Made by a program: the position numbers and the translations under genes
Shown: piece by piece, positions 1 to 11,885 of the stretch
Layout of the letters: every line of letters begins with the position of its first letter
Position numbering within the stretch: the first letter of the stretch is position 1
Source of the DNA: Octopus vulgaris
Taxonomy: Eukaryota
Reading direction: 5' to 3'
NCBI GenBank assembly: GCA_951406725.2
Contig: OX597817.1
Span: 124,372,001-124,436,000 of the forward strand
Length of the DNA: 64,000 nucleotides
The notes under the pieces: model-generated
What the model was told of the DNA's origin: nothing
Database searches by the model: none
The model's input: the letters and a program-made list of their open reading frames with translations, nothing else

Positions 1-1406
1 TGACTTGTTCACTATTATCTATACAAAATTTCTCAATCTTTTAAATTGTCTCTTATTTGTTACCAATATTTCACTTCCTTTTTGAATTATATAAATCCAG
101 CATTCAGAACTGTTCTGGCTTCATTGCATTTATCTACTTTAGATCAGTTGTTTCACAGCTGATTTTAAGAATTTCAAATTTCTTCTCTTATTTTCCTAAC
201 CATCAATATAAATGGGTGCTTAATCACAGAGTGTGGTACCATAGGTAAGTATACTATACTATCTCCTTTGAATTAGTACCTCCAGGAAAATACATAGTAT
301 GACCTTACTACAAAAACACCAGAGAATCTCTCCAATAGCACTTGAAAAGTTCTATCTGAAATTCATCTACTGGCTCAAAGCAGTATCTTTTCAACTCCAA
401 TTTCATTTTGGCAAAAATGGTGATGACACAGGGGTATAGCTATTTTGGTGGTGGTGGGGGGGGTCTGTAGTTAACAAAAGCCCAAGGATGGACTTCACAG
501 CAGTGAGATGCATATTCAGGTTTCCTTTGAAAATCACCATGCAGATTCAATGAAAAATTCCCATCACGTAAGAGAGCTGGTAGTTTTTTGGCAGTTCACA
601 ATTATTTTCCAAATTTTCTGAACACTCATCACTTTGAACTGGCAGTTGACCAGCTTGAAATACACATAATCATTCTTGTGTTCAGCTTGAAGAATGTTCA
701 CAAAATACTTGATGAGCTATTTTGCAGGTCCCAATAGCATATATCACATTACATTACTGATAGGATTTTCAGATATAGCTTACAGGTCATCTCTGTAAAT
801 TAGGAAACAGGTTTCTCTCTTCTTTATAGATTTACTAAAGTAAATTTAATCCTATCATCATCCATCTCATAGTAGACCAAAGAAGTTTGAAAAGACAGAC
901 AAACAGTGATTACTTCCCACCGCCAACAATATCACATGGAGTGAAGTGCCAGATGCAACATATTGGTCATTGTCATCATCATCATCGTCATCATCGTGAT
1001 AGTGGTGGTCGTCATTGTCATCATTGTCGTCGTCATTGTCATCATCATCATCTTCATCACCATCACAGTTTTAACATCCACATTTCCATACTTGTATAGG
1101 CTGGACAGAGCTTATTGAGGTATGTTTTCTGTGACTGGATGCCCTTCCTGGCACAAATCCTCACTTTTTCCAGGGAAGGCAATATTTCCATATGGCCAGA
1201 CAAATTTTGTTTTTTTACTTTTGGTAAATTTTGAAAATGAATGGGACTGCCTGTATGATAGTAAAACTTGTTTACAAGAACCATGTGATATCAAGATAAT
1301 GACACACAAATATAAACACACTAACATTAGCATATAAACACAAATATATGACAGGCTTCTTACATTGGTAGCATATGTCAGTTGCGAAATTGGTAGACAA
1401 AAACAG

Positions 1407-1800
<394 letters not shown>

Positions 1801-1803
<3 letters not shown>

Positions 1804-1980
1804 CTCAGTGGTTGGACCATCAGGCTCACAATGACAAAGTACTGAGTTCGATTCCCGAACTTGGTTGTGTGTTGTGTTCTTGAGTGAGACACCTTATTTC
1901 ACGTTACTCCAGTTCACTCAGCTGTAGAAATGAAGTGCAATCCCATGGTCATTCATGACCGAAGTGGGTCTTTCCCCATT
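1801..1980 (+). mobile_element. tRNA-derived SINE, family D variant, internally deleted
   Basis: A/B-box-like ggctcagtggtt and gagttcgattccc, core gtgttcttgagtgagacac, tail gcaatcccatggtcattcatgaccgaag shared with 46868-47174. Confidence 0.8.
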
Positions 1981-2019
<39 letters not shown>

Positions 2020-2833
2020 GCGCATGTGTGTGTATGTGTGTGTGTGTCTGTGTGTGTATAAATATATGTATCTACTGATTCTACCCACAAGGTCTTGGTT
2101 GGTCAGTGGCATTTTAGTAGAAGACCCTTTCTCAAAGTACCAACCAGTTCGACTGAACCTGAAACCATGTGGCAGAGTAGCAGACTTCTTGACCATACCA
2201 TTCTGCACTGTATCAGACAAATATACTAGGACAGATAAAAACCGAAGTTAATACAATAAGTTACGTTAATTATATGTTTATACCTTGTATTTACAAGCAT
2301 CAGTGTCCCAAAAGTGAATACGTATGTAACAAACTTTGAAGAAACTAATCAGTAATTTTGGCAACATATTTACTCAGAATAATCAATCAAAGTTGTTCAG
2401 TTTTGTCCTAGAAGAAATCAAAACTTTACAAATATTTATTGTGTACTTTGGGAAAAGAAGCATCAACATATATTTTGAAGTTATATGTAGTAGTAGTAGT
2501 AGTAGTAGTAATTGGTGGTGGTGGTGATAGTAATAGTTATAGTAGTAGTTGCTGTTGTTTCTAATTTAAGGTACAAGTTTTGAGGGAAGAAGGTTAGTTG
2601 ATACTGTTGATTCTGGTACTAAATTTTATTGATATTCCATCAAGTAAAAAGAATATTGAGAGGCAGATTTGATGTCATTGCATTTTGAACTCAGAATGGT
2701 AAGAGGTGGAACAAATACTGCACTGTATTTTTTTTTACGATGCTTTAAGTATTCCATAAGCTTGCTACCCTTATTAATAATAATAATAATAACCTCGGAT
2801 TTAGGTATGAGCTCAGTAATTTTAGGGAGTTGG

Positions 2834-3062
2834 TTAACCCTTTAGCATTCGCATTATTTTGTCAAAGGTGATGCTTATTTATGCACATTCTTTCAAATTA
2901 CTCATGCACTATTTTGTAGCTTTGAGATTTTGATGAAGCAACTGTTAAGTTTTTGAATGATATTGTAGGGTTGGTGTGAGAAGCCAGATCTGGCTATTTT
3001 TGAATATAAAGCAGGCAGAATATTTTGGCCAGATATGGCTGGTTTAAGCACTAAACGATTAA
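2834..3062 (+). mobile_element. piggyBac-type MITE
   Basis: TTAA-CCCTTTAGCATT left end, degenerate aagcactaaacga-TTAA right end; homologous copies at 25862 and 45534. Confidence 0.75.
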
Positions 3063-3245
3063 ACTCCAGGACTTGATTGATACTTATTTAATTAACCATG
3101 GAGAGATGATTTGTAATGTTTGTTCCTGAGGGATTTGATCTCAGAATCTAAATAGCCAAAACAAATAACAAAAGGCATTTATTTTGAATTCTTTACAGAT
3201 TCTGCCATCTCACTAACCCAGTTTTAAGGTATTATTTGTTATATA

Positions 3246-3462
3246 CAAAGTGGCGAACTGGCAGAATTGTTAGCATGCTAGACAAAATGCTTAGTGGTAT
3301 TTCGCCCGTAGCTACATTCTGAGTAGAAATTCCGCCAAGGTCGACTTTGCCTTTCATCCTTTCAGGGTTGATAAATTAAGTGCCAGATGCATACTGGGGT
3401 CGATCTAATCGACTGGACCCCTCCCCACAAAATTTCAGGCCTTGTACCTGTAGTTGAATAGG
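3246..3462 (+). mobile_element. SINE family B (MetaSINE-like central domain) with target-site duplication
   Basis: gtcgactttgcctttcatcctttcagggttgataaattaagt domain; ttatttgttatata repeated at 3232-3245 and 3463-3476. Confidence 0.9.
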
Positions 3463-3924
3463 TTATTTGTTATATAAGCACAAGGTCAGAAATTTGCATA
3501 GAAAGGTTTAGGTAATTTAAACTGAATACAAATCAGTGCTAGGGTATTTCAGTATCCTACACCATTCTTACAAAATGTACCTGCTTCTTATAGTTATAAC
3601 AATTTGTTGAATACATAGAAGAACAATAGCTTATGCTATATGATCTTTTCTCATTTGCTCTTTTACTAGTTTTGGTCATTAGACTGTGGTCATGCTGCAG
3701 GACATCTTCGAAGGTTTAGTTCAAAATATTGACCCTAGTACTTACTTGTTTTGCTTTGCTTTTGTGATTAGCATTTATCCAATCAGTCTCATTTACTTAA
3801 CAGGGATATAAATAAACCAACACCAGTTGTCGGGCAGTGAGAAACAAACACAAAGACATGAACATGCATACGCCCTGTTTATAATTATACCATATGTTAC
3901 ATATACATGTATACACCCATAAGT

Positions 3925-4243
3925 GAAGGTGCATGGCTTAGTGGTTAGGGCATTCGTCTCATGATCATAAGGTTGTGAGTTCAATTCCTGGCGATGTATT
4001 GAGTCCTTGAGCAAGACACTTTACTTCACATTGCTCCAGTCCACTCAGCTGGTAAAAATTAGTACCTGTATTGCAAAAGGCCAACCTTGTCACACATTGT
4101 GTTTATGCTGAATCTCCCTGAGAACTACGTTAAGGGTACACATGTCTGTGGAGTGCTCAGCCACTTCCACTTTAATTTCATGAGCAAGCTGTTCTGTTGA
4201 TTGTACCAGCTGGGACCCTCGTCTTTGTAATCAACAGAGTGCT
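3925..4243 (+). mobile_element. tRNA-derived SINE family D, full length
   Basis: gaaggtgcatggcttagtggttaggg head, gagttcaattcc B box, tccttgagcaagacac core; aligns by eye with 17452, 41796 and 51543 copies. Confidence 0.9.
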
Positions 4244-5361
4244 CCTATACACACATATATTTATACACATACACACACACATGCTTTTTAAAACTACCAG
4301 TCTAACGCAACAGGCATGTCACCAATGTTGTAACTTACACCTGCATGTTTACAATTTTTCTTCTTGGCATCGTCTCCTATTTTTATTTTCTATTCTATCT
4401 TGAACATATTCTCTTATCTGTTGTAAATACTCACTGTATTCTCTTTGATATATACTTTTCTTCTATGCTGCTGGTCTTGTCCTTGTTCTAATGATTCGAC
4501 CCTCTGCTTCTCTTTACATCATTGCCAATACCATCTCTTTCTCTTGATAGTTTACATCATCTGTCATCAATATTTTATAAACAAATATCAATTTTCGATC
4601 GAGCTGTCAATAAGTAATTGCACTTATGCACTTGTGTTAAGTAATAAGTAATATAAAAAAATTTGTTCTGTAAAAAAACTGCACTTTTCATCATCCACTC
4701 ACCACCATCACTACCTGAATTGCCACCTGTATGGCTGCCTCCATCATAGTAATTTCTGGTGACAAAGTTCAGTCTAAGTTGTTTGCCAAATAAGATTATT
4801 TTCATTTCATTTCAGTTTAGTTCAGTTGTATGTTTATATCTACTTTTCTTGCTGTTCATGTACCTATCTACTCTGATGATATCAAATTTGAATAACAAAT
4901 TAAAAACTTTATAATTCTCTCTCTCTTTTTCACTCTGCCTCTTACGTTAACAAAATTTTTAAATATGCCATTTCCCTCTTTGTGTCATTATAGTCTCTCT
5001 TTCTCTTTCTCTTCACCTCTTACTTCTAATAATGCATCAACTGATAATAACGTCACTACTCTCTCTTTATCTGCCTCCCATTCACAATGGAAACTACTCA
5101 TCTCACTCTCTCTCCCTCTGCTTTTCTTTAGCCTTATCACTATATGTTTACATATGTTTGTATTTAACTGGGTGTATATATGTGTGTGTCTGTGTATGTG
5201 TGTGTGTGTGTGTATGTGAAGTGAAATCATAGTTATGGCTATTGTCAGTGCCATCTCAATGGCACCCATGCCTGTCGTATGTGAAAAGTACCCATTACAC
5301 TCTCAGGGTGGTTTGTATTAGGAAAGGTATCCAGCCATAGAAACCATGCCAAATCTGACTA

Positions 5362-6112
5362 TATAATAATAATGAAATTATTGTATACAGTGCTCAGGTG
5401 CACCACAACTTGTCAGACAGTGCATATAAAGCACATGCAGCAATGTACAAATGTCTGGAAAGCGAACAATGCATGAGTCAGATACATGCTTGTGTGTGTA
5501 TGGAGGGGAGAAAATCAGGTGTAGTGTTGGTGAATCTCAGAAAGCATGGAAGTTTTGAAGGATGCAGTGCTCCAACAACTAACAACTGATGCCGGCAGTT
5601 TGTTCCATGCTTCAGCAACTCTCAGAGTGAAAAAATGTTTCCTAAAGTCATGGGAGCTGTGCTGTTTTCTGACTTTGTAAATATGTCCACGGGTGTTAGA
5701 TGGGTGGAGTTTGAAAAGGTGCTCAGAGTTATTGTTTGTACGATGGTTGATAATTTTATGGGTGTCTGCCAAGTCAGCTGTCAGATGTCGGAGTTTCAAT
5801 GTGTCCATGGCCAGTGAAGTAAGGCGTTCAGAATATGGCAAATGCCTGATGGAGGGTATTCTTTTGGTTGCACGTCGCTGAACGGCTTCCAGACGATTGA
5901 TATCCTGGGCAAGATAGGGGTTCCAGACTGGTGATGCAAATTCCAGGTGAGGTCTTACCATAGCTATATAAAGCCGCAGATAGATAGTCGGAGTGGCTCA
6001 CAAAGGATTTGGTGAGTGATGCCAAGACACCCTCAGGCTTCTTGACAATTTTAGCGATGTGTTTTGTCCAACGCAAATCACTGTCAACAATAACACCCAG
6101 GTCACGTTCACA
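5362..6112 (-). mobile_element. 5'-truncated CR1-clade LINE (RT C-terminus and 3' UTR) inserted in a family C SINE
   Basis: ERDLGVIVDSDLRWTKH then, after a frameshift, VRPHLEFASPVWNPY...LEAVQRRATK...TRGH...FFTLRVAEAWNKLP; (ATT)n tail; SINE halves at ~5250-5360 and ~6113-6190. Confidence 0.92.
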
Positions 6113-7349
6113 CTAGAACCTGGCTTACCATTTCCAGTCAAACCGTCTAACACATTCGAGCATGGAAATCGAACTTAAATGATGATGAGGATGATATACT
6201 TATATATATATATATATTCATATTTATCTATTTATATATTTATATATTTATATATATATATGCATGTGTGTGTAAATATATACATATTTGTACATGTGTA
6301 TTGGATTGTAGATGTGTATTTATGCTATATTGAATCACATCTTGTAAGGATATAGTGACTTCTGCACTTTTTGTCCCTCAAATAAAAAGTTATTTTAACC
6401 TTGGCAGAATTTGAAATTAGAACCTAGATAAATGAAACTAAATATTGCAAGTCATTTTGTTCACCATTTTACAGCTTCTGCCATTCCACATATATAAAAC
6501 CCCCTCTCATTTACCCCTTATTAAAGTACAAAAGCACAATTACAAATACACCTTTATACAAATGACATTTATTTATTTATTAATGAGGTACAGTTCTTTT
6601 CTTCAAAGAATATATTTACACATTTGTAGATTATTTTGATGAAAGATATGCAGAAAAAGAGGAAATAAAGAGAAAATAAAAATGGCATTTGAAAGGTGGG
6701 AAACAAATTGATTTCGTCCAGATAATACTGGAGTACAATATTACTATGCTACAGTTACTGCACTGTTTTCACACTATGATAATAACCTTTTAAGTTTATA
6801 TCTCAAGACTGCAATTTATTTGTAATATCTAAGCAATAGTTTTGCACTAAAAGCTACACCAAGCAATGAGCAACTTGTTTTATATATATAAATGTTTATA
6901 TTAAATGCAATATATAAAATGGAAATATGTGTGCATATGTTTATACACGGATGAAAATATGTGTATATTTATGTATATGTATATAAGCACATATGTTTTA
7001 TATAATTTCAAGCAATACATTATTGGTTATGGCTTATAATGGGCCAGAACGTTACTGTTGGTTTTGCAATGACTATTGCACTAGGCAATATTGAAGTCAC
7101 TTCAGACATGCTGTCACCAAGTGTTGAAAACACCTAGTATAGAGTTCCAGTAAAAAACATCTAAAATATATCCTATATTATTACGTGCCGATGGCACATA
7201 AAAAGCACCATCCAATCGTGGCCGTTGCCAGGCTTGCCTGGCCCCCGTGCCAGTGGCACGTAAAAAGCCCCACCTGACTGTGGCCGTTGCCAGCTCCACC
7301 CCGACTGGCTTCCATGCCAGTGGCACATAAAAAGCACCATCCGTCCGAA

Positions 7350-7760
7350 TGAGTTATCCTGATAGAGTTAGCCCAATTTCACCATGAATTAGAGTTAACT
7401 GCCTTTCTTTACCACGCCGGTGAAAAGTCTAGCCAGAATAAACACATGGAATATATACACTTACTTAAACTTGGGACTACAGATCAAAATAACCTCCACC
7501 CTATATCCACTTCGCAGCAGAATTATCAACTAAGAAATCTACTATATTCTTTGTCTTTATTCTTGTTACCAATATATCCCTATGTCTTTCACTCTTCTTA
7601 CCTCTACATATGACTCTGCATTCTGATGATGGTAAACTGGTAAACAGAAACGATCGTAAATGTACTATTACTACCACTTTTCTTTATTAATTAATTAAAT
7701 TAGCAGCTTACGAGCGCAAACTACCAGCTTCATGTTATTTTTCCTCCACTTTCTTCTTGC
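7350..7760 (+). mobile_element. Penelope-like element 3' remnant (endonuclease tail and pseudo-LTR)
   Basis: Degenerate KHMEYIHLLKLGTTDQNNL resembles the GIY-YIG C-terminal E...I.KL.T..P.GLN stretch and is followed by a hammerhead motif. Confidence 0.5.
7617..7664 (+). ncRNA. Minimal type I hammerhead ribozyme motif
   Basis: TGCATT-CTGATGA-stem II-GAAAC-GATC-GTA-AATGTA; stem I pairs, palindromic loop III, GUA cleavage triplet; stem II weak. Confidence 0.7.
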
Positions 7761-7782
7761 ATATATATATATATATATATAT

Positions 7783-7937
7783 AGGAGCAGCTGTGTAGTA
7801 AGTAGTTTGCTTACCACACATGGTTCTGGGTTCAGTCCCACTGCATGCCACCTTGGGCAAGTGTCTTCTACTGTAGCCTCAGGCCAACCAAAACGTCGTG
7901 AGTGGATTTGGTAGATGGAAACCGAAAGAAGCCTGTC

Positions 7938-8015
<78 letters not shown>

Positions 8016-8250
8016 TTATGTACATATATATGTATATGTTTGTGTGTCTGTGTTTGTCTCCCTACCATCTCTTGACAATCAATATGGGTGTGTTCAAATC
8101 CCTGTAACCTAGCAGTTTGGCAAAACAGACTGATAGACTAAGTACTAGGCTTTCAAAGAATTAGTCCTGGGGTCGATTTGTTCAATTAAAGGTGGTGCTC
8201 CAGGATGGCCACAGACAAATGACTGAAACGAATAAAAGAATAAAAGAATA
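7783..8250 (+). mobile_element. tRNA-derived SINE family A with internal (TA)n(TG)n
   Basis: gggttcagtcccact B box, caccttgggcaagtgtcttc CORE-like segment, tail gactgaaac...taaaagaataaaag; many copies in window. Confidence 0.92.
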
Positions 8251-10559
8251 TATATTTACATGCATTCGTACAAACACACACACACACACACATACTTATT
8301 GATGTGTTATATTTTGTATTGACAAAACCTAGTGGACTTTTGTTTGAGTGCTGAAACATTCAGGAATTTTCTTAATATTACCCAAAATTAATTCTCTTCA
8401 TTGCTGCTAAATGCCATCCACCTCACTTCTTTGTTGTTTATACATAGTAATTATTGCTCAGTTTTAATTTTTTCTGACTTCTCTCTTGCTAGTTCCCCTA
8501 AGACAATTCTTTGGCTTGCTGTTAGGAACATTATTTTTTACCAAGTCCTTGACAAATTTTGCTAAGCTTTATTTTATGACTTAATGTGATTCTTTTGGGA
8601 AATTCAGTTGCAAGTCTGGATGGAATCTATTCCACCCTAATGGTATGTTCTTTAAATATGTGTATGTGTGCATGTATATGAGTGGGAGAAAGGCATGGGA
8701 TGTGTTGTGTGTGTGTGTGTGTGTGCATTTGCTTATACCAACATAAACACCTTAGAATATTTGAACCTATAAAAAGGAAACTATGCTCCAAATCGACATT
8801 ACCTAAGTGGACTTAACCATACATTGGATAGAGAGTGATAGAATATTAATCAGATTAAGTGGCATATAATTGACTAAAACCAACCTTGCATGAACACAGT
8901 CTTTTGCTTGAAATCAGAATGAGAATTTTAAAAATGTATGTGTATGTATTTCTGTGATGTATTTTGGATAGCGTAAATAGAAATTTTTATTTATAACCAA
9001 TGTGATATACAAAATGGACAAACACACCGCCCTGGATAATATTCTAGTTTGTCATTGATTTGCACTTTTTCTCTTGGGAGGATTTAAACCACTTCAGTAA
9101 ATCAACAGAACGTATTAATTCCACGATGGTACTAATATGAATTATACTAGCCGGCTCCAAAACTTAAATATAGAAAGAAAACACACACACACACATAGAC
9201 CTTTTCAAACATATGGTCTCCTATGGTTACTGTACCATGGTAGACCATGGTATAAATAAATCTTGGTGACATTAGAAGTTTGAATGTTAAATCAAAGTGC
9301 AATAAAGATGCATAGAATATAAATGTTTAAATTTTTCCTTACTCCTTAAAAGAATCTCAATATTTCAAGTCATTGATAATTACGTACAGTTCCATTTCAG
9401 TCTTAATTGAAATCATCAGTATGACATGACCTGAGGCAAAAAGAAAGCAACAAACCAACAAAAAATGCAAAAAACATTAAATATTTTATGAATTGAGACA
9501 TTTCTTACAAGTGGAAAATAATTACAGTTTAGAAGACACTCATGAAATGTGTGCTTTTTTCTTTCCTTTTTTTTAATAATTTTTTCATCATAGGTCATTA
9601 ATAGTTCAGTAATTGAAAGAAGAGAAAAGTTTTTCCCATACTGATTGAAACCTTTCCAAGAATTCTACCTTGGGAAGTGTTCTTAATATAGTTACTTTTA
9701 TAGTTGTGACAAGCAAAATTCACAATATGTTTTCGGTGTTTTCTTCTTGGGTATAAATCTTTAAAAAATCCTTTAAAATGTTTTAGCCCGAAGGCTGCAG
9801 CCATGCTGAGGCACCACCGCTGTGTTGGGGCACCACGGATACTACTTTCAAGTGGTTATTCTCAAGTAATTTACCCTTTGTTATGTGTTAGAAGAACCAT
9901 CACTTTGTAATCATATCACCTCAATTATTCATTATCTGATGTATGTGTGGATATTTCTAGAATTTTACAGCCACAGTAATTCAGAGAGACAATGTTCCCT
10001 TGTGGCAAGTTATTGTAAGGGAGATAATTGCTCCTACATCAATCTTGATGACAGTCCTTTAAAACGACATAAAAGAATATATTACTTAAATTGAGTAATA
10101 AAAGCTCAGAGATTTTAATAACTTGATTGCTTTTGCAGTTGATTTATCAAATTGTTTATTTGTGGCAAGAGCCAGAACGTTGTAAGTATGTCCAACTTAT
10201 GAAGATGATTGCTTACTTCACTTTTTATTTGAGTCATTAGTGAGAATCTCTTCTCACAGAAGTCTCTATTATGAAATTAAATTAGAATTTCCAAAGCTTC
10301 AATAATCACCTTTTTCATTTTGATAGTTGAATTGAATATCATGGCTCCAAATTAATTACCATTTGATGTAGAGAGATTTGATAACCATATCAGATCAACA
10401 GCTAGTTTCAACAGTTGAAGCTTTACCTCATTAGGAATATTTGATATATTAATAGCTAAATCAAATGGATTTAAAACCAGTTTAATTTTTCTAATTACCT
10501 GCATTCCTCTTCAGGAAGGTATTTTTCATTATTAAATTTTAAAAGACGCAGGTAACTCA

Positions 10560-11885
10560 TACAAGGGTAAGCCGAAAAATTCATAACCTGACTATTAATG
10601 AGTGATGCTAAAGCAGTGAAACCTTGCACACATTAATTCCAACCCTTCTTATTTATGACTGCATTGTTTCTTTCCAGGTAAAGACATCTCACTGTTCAAA
10701 GAAGATTTCTAAAGTAACTTGCAGTGACTTCTCTTGAAAATGGACAAAATTTAGCATTGTGCTATTATCAAGTTTTTTTTCTTCGCCATGGGCCCAGTTT
10801 CACAGTTTCTGTGGCATATGTGTTCCCCCAGCTGGACAGGATGCCAGTCCATCACAGCATTACTCAAGAAACAGGAAGAGAGAATGAGAGAAAGTTGTGG
10901 TGAAAGAGTACAACAGGGGTCACCACCACACCCTGCCAGAGCGTCGTGGAACTTTTAGGTATTTTCACTCAATAAACACACACAATGCTGCCCTAACCAC
11001 TGGGCCATTGCACCTCCACTAATAAATGCACTCTTTTTAAAAGCCTAGCCAGTCTCATGGGCCAAGTTTCCCGGTTTCTATGGCGTATGTGTTCCTCAGC
11101 TGGAAGGGGACGCCAGTCCATCGCAGCATTACTCATTTTTGCCAGATGAGTAGACTGGAGCAATGTGAAATGAAGTGTTTTGCTTAAGAACACAATGCGT
11201 CACCCAGTACAGCAATCAAAACCACAATCTTACGATCATGGTGCTGACACCCTAACCACTAAGCCACACACCTCCACGTTGTTATCAAGTACCTGCCAAA
11301 AAAGGGTTTAGCTCCCAAGAGCATTCATGCTGACATGGTTGCTACATCAAGTGGATGACACTCCGACTTTATCAGTTTATATGTTGGCAGCTGATTTTAG
11401 GAGGGGGAAAGGAGGTGGGTTTAAAATAACCCAAGTCTGGATGTCCTGCAGCTGCCACCAGTGAGGAAAACATTGATCATGTTCACTGTATGCTGATAGA
11501 TGACAGGCGAATGACTATTAATCAAATAGCCAATGCTATTAGCATATCCTATGAGAGAGTTGAGGACATTCTGCAGTGTGATCTTGATGTGACAATAGTT
11601 TCTGCTCCGTGGGTTCCACGTCTTCTGACACCTCATCAAAAGCAAACCAGGCTGATTACATCTTGGGAAAATTTGACATTGTTTCAGGCAGATCCATATG
11701 GTTTCCTTAAATGTTTCCCATCACAAGATGTGAGTTGGCTTCATCACTTTGAGTAAGGACAAGGAGACAATCCATGTATTGGAAACACTCCTCCTCACCT
11801 GTTCCAAAGATGATCTCATTTGGTCCCATTTCATGTGATTATATATCTTGCTCAGCCAATGAACTTTTCTGCCAGCCATCAGGCT
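10560..11885 (+). mobile_element. Defective mariner element (internally deleted)
   Basis: TA-CAAGGGTAAGCCGAAAAATTCAT left end, matching tcagccaatgaacttttctgcc right end; ORF DDRRMTINQIANAISIS...WVPRLLTPHQKQTR. Confidence 0.88.
10773..11277 (-). mobile_element. Two tandem tRNA-derived SINEs with V-domain-like tail, inserted in the mariner ORF
   Basis: Both carry ctgcgatggactggcgtcc-like segment and end at cacctccac; flanking ttatcaagt duplicated on both sides. Confidence 0.8.

Noticed and set aside
200-830. Possible APE endonuclease fossil on minus strand (VIFKGNLNMH resembling GDFN motif)
   Set aside because: Only one weak motif amid many stops; cannot be supported without a profile search
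4873-4915. CTGATGA followed by AATTTG/CAAATT stem
   Set aside because: No GAAA core or matching stem I, so not a hammerhead
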